From a virus (taxonomy: Duplodnaviria; Caudoviricetes), in the IMG/VR virus record IMGVR_UViG_2974541498_000001, positions 1-64,000 of that record: 64,000 nt of DNA; one strand, written 5' to 3'. Positions 58,548 to 64,000 of this stretch are shown in pieces. The notes under the pieces were generated by a model that worked only from the letters and a program-made list of their open reading frames with translations, made no database searches and was not told the origin of the DNA. The position numbers and the translations under genes were made by a program. Position 1 is the stretch's first letter. Every line of letters begins with the position of its first letter.

Positions 58548-59060
58548 CTATTTTAATACGTCTTCTGGCGCCGGTGTCCATGGCGTTGCAATTGTACCTT
58601 TCTCCAATTTAAAGAACCTAACATATACGTCCATTGTTCCATACAAATCAAAAGCATATGCGTTACCATTAAATGAAATCGTTCTTGAAACCCGTTGCCA
58701 ATCACTAGTTGGATTCATACCGGCCAGCTGATCGGGTTCTGCCCAATTTTCCCATCCTAGTCTATCAACTTTGCCGGTTCCTTTAACATCGACCGAGATA
58801 ACATAATTTCCACTTGTTGGAAAATTAAAAAAGGAATAAAATCCTGAACTATTGTTAGTTCCAATGACATGTAGCGCTACTTCGCCACTATCCATTGTAA
58901 CTTTCTGGATTGTACCTCCCGAATTACCGGTAATGCCACCCCACGAAGAATCATATGAACCCTTAATCAGATTACGCCCGTAAACCAGCCTGCCATTGCT
59001 CATCACCTTGTCTACTGGCATGCCATCAACAACACATGCTCTACCGTTGATCGTTGACAT
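58548..59060 (-). CDS. carbohydrate-binding-module virion accessory protein
   Basis: 'GRNLIKGS...KLEKGTIATPWTPAPED'; GC-richer DNA. Confidence 0.7.
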   Translation of the reverse strand: MSTINGRACVVDGMPVDKVMSNGRLVYGRNLIKGSYDSSWGGITGNSGGTIQKVTMDSGEVALHVIGTNNSSGFYSFFNFPTSGNYVISVDVKGTGKVDRLGWENWAEPDQLAGMNPTSDWQRVSRTISFNGNAYAFDLYGTMDVYVRFFKLEKGTIATPWTPAPEDVLK

Positions 59061-59064
59061 TCAA

Positions 59065-59286
59065 TCACCCCTTAATAAAGTAGACGCCAGACTTGTCAGC
59101 CAATGCGTCATATTCAGCCTGCGAGATGATATTGATGACGGCGTCTTTACCAGGATCACCCTTATCCCCCTTAATCGTGCTGACAGCGTCTATTTTCTTT
59201 TCTGTATCCTGAACACCCGTTTCAATATGATTAAGCTTTTCTGCTGTAATTATTTCTTCACTTACCCAATTATGTGGGTTATACAT
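59065..59286 (-). CDS. small collagen-like virion accessory protein
   Basis: 'ITAEKLNHIETG', 'KGDKGDPGKD', 'SQAEYDAL.DK.GVYFI'. Confidence 0.7.
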   Translation of the reverse strand: MYNPHNWVSEEIITAEKLNHIETGVQDTEKKIDAVSTIKGDKGDPGKDAVINIISQAEYDALADKSGVYFIKG

Positions 59287-59434
59287 ATTAGTTTACCTCG
59301 CTTTTGTCTACAACTTCTTTATCAATGGCACTACTATATGATTTAGAAAAAGCTAACCCCATATCTGATTGATATATGTTAGCCTTTAAAATTAATATAG
59401 TTTAATGGGTTTATATTTCTTATGATTCTGATAA

Positions 59435-59520
59435 CGGAAAGTACAGGACTCGAACCTGCAATACCCAAGGGGTACAACGAGTTAGCAACCCGCTTCAATA
59501 CCAATTATGATTAACTTTCC
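59435..59520 (-). tRNA. tRNA-Ser(GCT)
   Basis: Long variable arm; loop TTGCTAA. Confidence 0.9.
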
Positions 59521-59533
59521 ATGATAATGATAA

Positions 59534-59606
59534 CTGCCCTGACTGGACTCGGACCAGTGACCTTCGCAGTAACAGTGCGCCGTTCTACCAACTGAACTAC
59601 AGAGCA
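59534..59606 (-). tRNA. tRNA-Asn(GTT)
   Basis: Loop CTGTTAC; atypical T-loop TCCGAGT. Confidence 0.85.
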
Positions 59607-59680
59607 TTAATAGTACACCATAAAAGGACATTAATGGTAAACAGTGTACTGACGTTTTACCTTATTGTATTTATGCTACA

Positions 59681-59751
59681 AGCGGACAACGAGAATCGAA
59701 CTCGCATCTACAGCTTGGAAGGCTGTTATTCTACCATTGAACTATGTCCGC
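59681..59751 (-). tRNA. tRNA-Gly(TCC)
   Basis: Cloverleaf; loop CTTCCAA. Confidence 0.92.
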
Positions 59752-59782
59752 ACAAATTGACAAGGGGTCAAAGTGAACCCTA

Positions 59783-59857
59783 TTGCGGTAATGGGAGTCG
59801 AACCCAATATTTATAGGTTATGAGCCTATCGTGATTAATCCGTTTCACTCTACCGCA
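59783..59857 (-). tRNA. tRNA-Met(CAT) (Met/fMet/Ile2 unresolved)
   Basis: Loop CTCATAA. Confidence 0.85.
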
Positions 59858-59859
59858 TA

Positions 59860-59933
59860 TCAGGATAATAGGATTTGAACCTATACTCTCGGAGCCCCAA
59901 ACTCCGCGCTTTTCCAAATTGAGCTATATCCTG
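59860..59933 (-). tRNA. tRNA-Pro(TGG)
   Basis: Loop TTTGGGG. Confidence 0.9.
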
Positions 59934-59937
59934 CTAT

Positions 59938-60057
59938 TTCATTAGACAGGATTCGATACCTGCATAATCCCGATCCACCACGCTATTCGGGCCTTTAGTA
60001 CCTTAATCTGTAAAGATAGATATTGGTCTTGGGTTTGCTTACTTTGCATACTAATGA
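59938..60057 (-). ncRNA. tRNA-like RNA with expanded, non-canonical middle domain
   Basis: Acceptor TCATTAG/CTAATGA; short D-arm; T-arm GCAGG-TATCGAAT-CCTGT; about 70-nt insert. Confidence 0.65.
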
Positions 60058-60120
60058 TTGCCCTTTCCTCAAACCGTTCGTATAGAGGATACGACCTCAA
60101 CGATTTTACACCTCAGGCAA

Positions 60121-60204
60121 TGCCCCTAGCAGGAGTTGAACCTGCACGATATTTCTATCACAAGGTTCTAAACCTTGCATGCCTACCAATTACATCATAG
60201 GGGC
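60121..60204 (-). tRNA. tRNA-Leu(TAG)
   Basis: Variable arm; loop TTTAGAA. Confidence 0.9.
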
Positions 60205-60423
60205 GTTTATTAGATTTAATATAATACTTCTATATTCTTCAATAGAGGTATTAATATCTCCACTCTCTAATTCTATATATCTTTCTTTATCGATTCCTAA
60301 TAACTTACTAGCAGAATCTTGATTCATTCCTTTAGTAATTCTAATAGATAGTAAATCATTTGATAATTTATATTGTTCTGAATTATATAGTTTTTCTAAA
60401 TCAGAATTACTATTAGATTTCAT
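60190..60423 (-). CDS. XRE-family HTH protein
   Basis: 'LLSIRITKGMNQDSASKLLGIDKERYIELESG'; AGGAGG RBS right after tRNA-Thr. Confidence 0.8.
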   Translation of the reverse strand: MKSNSNSDLEKLYNSEQYKLSNDLLSIRITKGMNQDSASKLLGIDKERYIELESGDINTSIEEYRSIILNLINAPMM

Positions 60424-60436
60424 ACTATGCCTCCTA

Positions 60437-60510
60437 TGCTCCTGGCAGGACTCGAACCTGCGACCTCCTGCTTACAAAGCAGATGCTCTACCCAACTGAG
60501 CTACTGGAGC
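60437..60510 (-). tRNA. tRNA-Thr(TGT)
   Basis: Loop TTTGTAA. Confidence 0.92.
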
Positions 60511-60722
60511 GATTAGAAGGAATATAGAAAGTTTTAAGAGTCTTCCTTCCCAGTGATAATTTTATTTATATCCCAACAATCAATATACTTTACGTGTATA
60601 TAGCCGATCACTATTCTCTTTTTAATAATATAGTAGCTGGGAATACTATACTATTTACATGTTTCTTAGCTTTATGGATGCTATCCAAGGGAGGTTTCAG
60701 CCCGATTTTAATTATCTAATTA

Positions 60723-61451
60723 TTAACGAACATATCCAATATACTTATAATTAATTCCAATTTTTCTCTTAATACTAGAATATTCGTCAAAAGAAATATC
60801 ATCTAAAGCTATTACATAATCATTTATTCCTGATAAAGATAAATCTAAAGGAATCCCATAAGTTGAAAGACGAATTGGAGATATACATGTAATGTTATCA
60901 CACTCAGATGGTAAACTTTCTACAAAGTTTTTAACAATTCTTTCATTCCTGCCAATAAATAAAACTTTTTTATTGTGCTTAACTTCATTAATGATAGCTT
61001 TTCTAATCTCAAAAGTCTTACCAATTTGTCTATGAATTTCAGGGAAATTATCAATATATACGCCCTCTGATACTTTATCTAGAACGGTAAAGCTAGTTGG
61101 TAAGTTAATATCATAACTTTTTACTAATCTTTTTGCTACTAGTGGATCTATTCCGGAGTATAGGTTATTTGCCTGTTCAGAATAACTATTAGATACTTGG
61201 AATAATTCATTACTTAAATTCTTAACTACTACAATACTCTTATCAGCAATTCCATAAGTATCTTCATAAGCCTTAATAGAATCTTCTATATCCTTATCAG
61301 AAAATGGTGAAAATTCTTTGCTATCAACATTACCCATTTCTAACTTTTCTAATACCTCTCTATACTGATAAACCTTGCTTTTAAGTCCGTTATCCATAAA
61401 GTTTAATTTAATATAATCCGTATTGGTTCCCTTTAAAATTTCCACTTTCAA
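60723..61451 (-). CDS. hypothetical protein
   Basis: AAGGAGG RBS; 242 aa. Confidence 0.7.
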   Translation of the reverse strand: MKVEILKGTNTDYIKLNFMDNGLKSKVYQYREVLEKLEMGNVDSKEFSPFSDKDIEDSIKAYEDTYGIADKSIVVVKNLSNELFQVSNSYSEQANNLYSGIDPLVAKRLVKSYDINLPTSFTVLDKVSEGVYIDNFPEIHRQIGKTFEIRKAIINEVKHNKKVLFIGRNERIVKNFVESLPSECDNITCISPIRLSTYGIPLDLSLSGINDYVIALDDISFDEYSSIKRKIGINYKYIGYVR

Positions 61452-61482
61452 TCCTCCTTTTTAGTTAAATGTGTTAATAATA

Positions 61483-61556
61483 TACTCCTGGTATGACTTG
61501 AACATACGACCTCTCAATTATAAGTTAAGCGCTCTAACCATCTGAGCTACAGGAGT
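61483..61556 (-). tRNA. tRNA-Ile(TAT)
   Basis: Loop CTTATAA. Confidence 0.88.
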
Positions 61557-61568
61557 AAAATGTTACAA

Positions 61569-61640
61569 TGGAGAATGATTGAATCGAACAATCGCACATA
61601 GCGCTTCAAGCTACTGCTCTACCAACTGAGCTAACTCTCC
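61569..61640 (-). tRNA. tRNA-Phe(GAA)
   Basis: Loop TTGAAGC. Confidence 0.88.
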
Positions 61641-61647
61641 AAAATAA

Positions 61648-61722
61648 TAACTAACAGCCGCAAGGAGAAATCAAGGAGAAGTTGATTCAATAATATAGAT
61701 AAGATCAACGGCTGCTAGCTAT
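61648..61722 (-). ncRNA. hairpin RNA with tandem anti-Shine-Dalgarno motifs
   Basis: Stem tagctagcagccg/cggctgttagtta enclosing TTCTCCTTG x2; promoter upstream. Confidence 0.45.
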
Positions 61723-61777
61723 CTAAAAGTTTCCACAACTTTATTATAACACAAAACAATTTAATGTCAAGTGTTAA

Positions 61778-61849
61778 TGCCCCATCAAGGACTCGAACCT
61801 TGATTATCGGTTTAGAAGACCGATGTGATATCCCTTACACTAATGGGGC
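61778..61849 (-). tRNA. tRNA-Arg(TCT)
   Basis: Loop CTTCTAA. Confidence 0.92.
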
Positions 61850-61915
61850 ATTACTTATTTCTATAATCTTATTATAGCATACTATCTAATATTCTGTCAA
61901 GCACTTTATAATAAA

Positions 61916-61963
61916 AAGTAGCAATAGGAATCGAACCTATTAATCACCCTACCAAGGGCTACT
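61916..61963 (-). ncRNA. anticodon-less mini-tRNA
   Basis: AGTAGC/GCTACT acceptor; CCCT-TGGT-AGGG D-like arm; ATAGG-TTCGATT-CCTAT T-arm; own TTGACA/TAAGAT promoter. Confidence 0.6.
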
Positions 61964-62036
61964 AGCGATTACTAACAATCGATAAACACATCTTATCATA
62001 TTAATTTAAATATGTCAAGATATTAAAACAAATATT

Positions 62037-62318
62037 TTAACTTTTTCTAAATAGTCTATCAAATAGAATCTTTAAGCAATTATATAAGTACACTACTATC
62101 GAAAGTAAAACAATTACTAATATAATTATTAAAAATATACTAACTATCCATTTACTAATATTTAAAGCAAATTTGCTTATATAACAAACAAAACTAATTC
62201 CAATGATAATAGAAGAACTTACTATTAAAAATAGTAACATTTGAAGGCTATCTCTGCCTAGTTTAATAAGATCCTCACTATTAAAAATATCAGCTAGAAA
62301 GTTTTTAACTTTTCTCAT
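62037..62318 (-). CDS. membrane protein (2 TM)
   Basis: Hydrophobic; RBS. Confidence 0.7.
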   Translation of the reverse strand: MRKVKNFLADIFNSEDLIKLGRDSLQMLLFLIVSSSIIIGISFVCYISKFALNISKWIVSIFLIIILVIVLLSIVVYLYNCLKILFDRLFRKS

Positions 62319-62339
62319 AAATTAGCCTTCCTTTTATTG

Positions 62340-62508
62340 AATGCCCGGAACCTGTGTCAAATTAAGCAGGTTAGACCCTATTAAATTTGTATAAGCTTCA
62401 AGGGAACTACAATACTTGTCAATAAGGATCTATTAATAGTGGTATCAGTATATTTACCTCGCTTTTTTAAGGACTTCCTCAACCGGTTTGGGTATTGTCT
62501 TGATTACA
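62340..62508 (-). ncRNA. candidate structured RNA or long leader
   Basis: TTGACA/TATACT promoter; ends can pair; no ORF. Confidence 0.4.
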
Positions 62509-62590
62509 TTTATTAGTATAGCATATTTTTATTACTTGTCAAGCTAATATGTATAAAAAATCCAGCAGAACTTAGTCTACTGGATAGCTT

Positions 62591-62788
62591 TTAAAATATA
62601 ACGTGTAATACTCCAAGAATAATCCAGATACCAAATACCCAAGCTAACGTTAAAGCGGGTAACACTAAATGGAAAATTCCAATTAATACAACTGACCACA
62701 CTAGCCAAACTAAAAACCATGTAATAAAGAAACTTAATACTATTCCTAAGGCAAATAATAAAACTACCCCTAAACTTTTACCAAACAT
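62591..62788 (-). CDS. small membrane protein
   Basis: Two TM helices. Confidence 0.75.
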   Translation of the reverse strand: MFGKSLGVVLLFALGIVLSFFITWFLVWLVWSVVLIGIFHLVLPALTLAWVFGIWIILGVLHVIF

Positions 62789-62815
62789 TTTATGATTCCT
62801 CTCTACTTAAAATAT

Positions 62816-62992
62816 CTAAATTATGGTTAAATCTGGCAAATTTAAATGGAAAATTCCAATCAATACAAACGACCAAACCCACCAAACCAACATTTGTAAA
62901 ATGGTAGTTCCCAATACTATTCCTATTCCAAATAATAATAAGGGTAGTACATCAGAACAATATCCAGATAATAAATCTAGCCAATCCTTCAT
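62816..62992 (-). CDS. small membrane protein, truncated paralog of 62591-62788 (not in ORF track)
   Basis: 'VWWVWSFVLIGIFHLNLPDLT' vs 'VWLVWSVVLIGIFHLVLPALT'; TAG where the paralog has TGG. Confidence 0.65.
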   Translation of the reverse strand: MKDWLDLLSGYCSDVLPLLLFGIGIVLGTTILQMLVWWVWSFVLIGIFHLNLPDLTII

Positions 62993-63006
62993 TTTTATCC
63001 CCCTTT

Positions 63007-63189
63007 CTACTTATTAAAATACCATACAGCCAATAATAGCAGGATTAGCATGGTTGACATAAAAATTCTTCCTAGGATACTACTATTATTAAGTTTTCCA
63101 ATATTAAGGTTGCCAATCAAGGACGGCACTAATAAAAGGCATAAAATACCAGATAAAAATCCTGCTAACCAATCATTCATTTTTACCAC
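63007..63189 (-). CDS. small membrane protein, paralog of 63334-63522
   Basis: 'NDWLAG...G.IFM'. Confidence 0.7.
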   Translation of the reverse strand: MVKMNDWLAGFLSGILCLLLVPSLIGNLNIGKLNNSSILGRIFMSTMLILLLLAVWYFNK

Positions 63190-63333
63190 CCTTTCTAATA
63201 AAAGAATACCCTGCTTCTGTTAGAATATTTTCTATATCCTCCTGAGTAAATTCTGCTACCGGAGGGTTCCAATTGTTCGGATCAAAATACATACTTTTAT
63301 TAAATTGTGTCATATATCCACCTCTTAAATAGC

Positions 63334-63522
63334 TTATCGTAATTTGTTAGAAATAAAAACAATAACTATAATAAATAGAACGAATAAGGTCATGAATACT
63401 TTACCAGCAATAGTGTGATTACTTAATCCCCAATATTCTGCATCACCGAATAGTATAGGAAGTAAATTAAACAATAATATTCCGGTAATAGCTCCGGCCA
63501 ACCAATCATTCAATAATATCAC
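63334..63522 (-). CDS. small membrane protein
   Basis: 'NDWLAG...GKVFM'. Confidence 0.7.
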   Translation of the reverse strand: MILLNDWLAGAITGILLFNLLPILFGDAEYWGLSNHTIAGKVFMTLFVLFIIVIVFISNKLR

Positions 63523-63559
63523 CCGCCTTAAATTTAATCCAATGATCTGAATAAACTAC

Positions 63560-63967
63560 CTAATAATTAGTATTACCCGATATATAATCTTTTACCTTTT
63601 TCGTAGGGTTATCTATATAGTTAATTGCATCTAGATTCTGTTTAACTGCGGCTAATTGAATCTCTTCTGATGGATTAGAAAAATATACAATATTGTACCC
63701 ATGATGTTTAACTGCTCTAAGCATATTTTCTTCCTTAATAACTCCCCGGTTAATCCGGTCAGAAATATGATAATGATCGTCAAGTGCTTTTACAAGTTCC
63801 CCACTTTTAGGAAAGATTAATTCTCTAACTATTTTTAGGTCACTAACAGCTATAGCAGAGTTATAACCAGACCTAGCTATAGCACCCCATCCTTCAACTT
63901 CTGCAACACGAACATTGCGAAAGTCATAGTAACTAAAGCAATCAGCTAATTTTGTACAAAAGTGCAT
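63560..63967 (-). CDS. hypothetical protein with DUF4116-like repeat (may start outside the window)
   Basis: 'NPSEEIQLAAVKQNLDAINYIDNPT'. Confidence 0.6.
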   Translation of the reverse strand: MHFCTKLADCFSYYDFRNVRVAEVEGWGAIARSGYNSAIAVSDLKIVRELIFPKSGELVKALDDHYHISDRINRGVIKEENMLRAVKHHGYNIVYFSNPSEEIQLAAVKQNLDAINYIDNPTKKVKDYISGNTNY

Positions 63968-64000
63968 ACCAGGTGTTTTAGCGCTGATGTTAGTATCTTC

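Noticed and set aside
59634-59816. + strand ORF, and similar antisense or nested ORFs (819, 908, 1507, 4151, 9932, 16878, 29614, 36086, 37723, 52212, 55554, 58525, 58996, 62823)
   Set aside because: Shadow ORFs overlapping tRNAs or better-supported genes
60660-60706. preQ1-I riboswitch or HDV-like (theta) ribozyme (GGGCTGAAACCTCCC...ATAAAGCTAAG, - strand)
   Set aside because: Partial resemblance only; the required pairings could not be built and no suitable gene or tRNA 3' end is adjacent. An Rfam scan would settle it
1-64000. Prophage or stop-codon recoding
   Set aside because: No integrase or host housekeeping flank; genes are intact in the standard code and no suppressor tRNA was found

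Overview
A 64-kb piece of a large, AT-rich (about 30% GC by eye) lytic phage, most likely SPO1/Twort/LP65-like Herelleviridae infecting Lactobacillaceae. Evidence: Herelleviridae-type terminase, GH25-LysM lysin, Apf-like LysM protein, and Lactobacillus-type PnuC, PgpA and dUTPase. Layout: 1-21.9 kb is + strand (lysin, many small hypothetical genes, then a promoter-dense host-takeover region at about 15.5-22.4 kb that looks like the long terminal repeat). 22.4-48.9 kb is - strand (accessory genes, two AAA ATPases, dUTPase, two tail-fibre-like genes, HNH-AP2 endonuclease). 49.0-51.6 kb is a + strand terminase island. 51.7-64 kb is - strand, with a GIY-YIG nuclease carrying 7 x 15-aa repeats, metabolic genes, a Tad2-like fusion, 11 tRNAs and several structured non-coding RNAs. 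Top candidates for novelty: (i) the GIY-YIG nuclease with a repeat array that varies at N/S/D/H positions, resembling a PPR/TALE-style code; (ii) a ~390-nt ornate ncRNA, possibly a compact ROOL-like RNA; (iii) a late-promoter ncRNA with two nested kissing loops; (iv) two aberrant tRNA-like RNAs, one lacking an anticodon arm. All family assignments come from motif recognition by eye; no database search was run.
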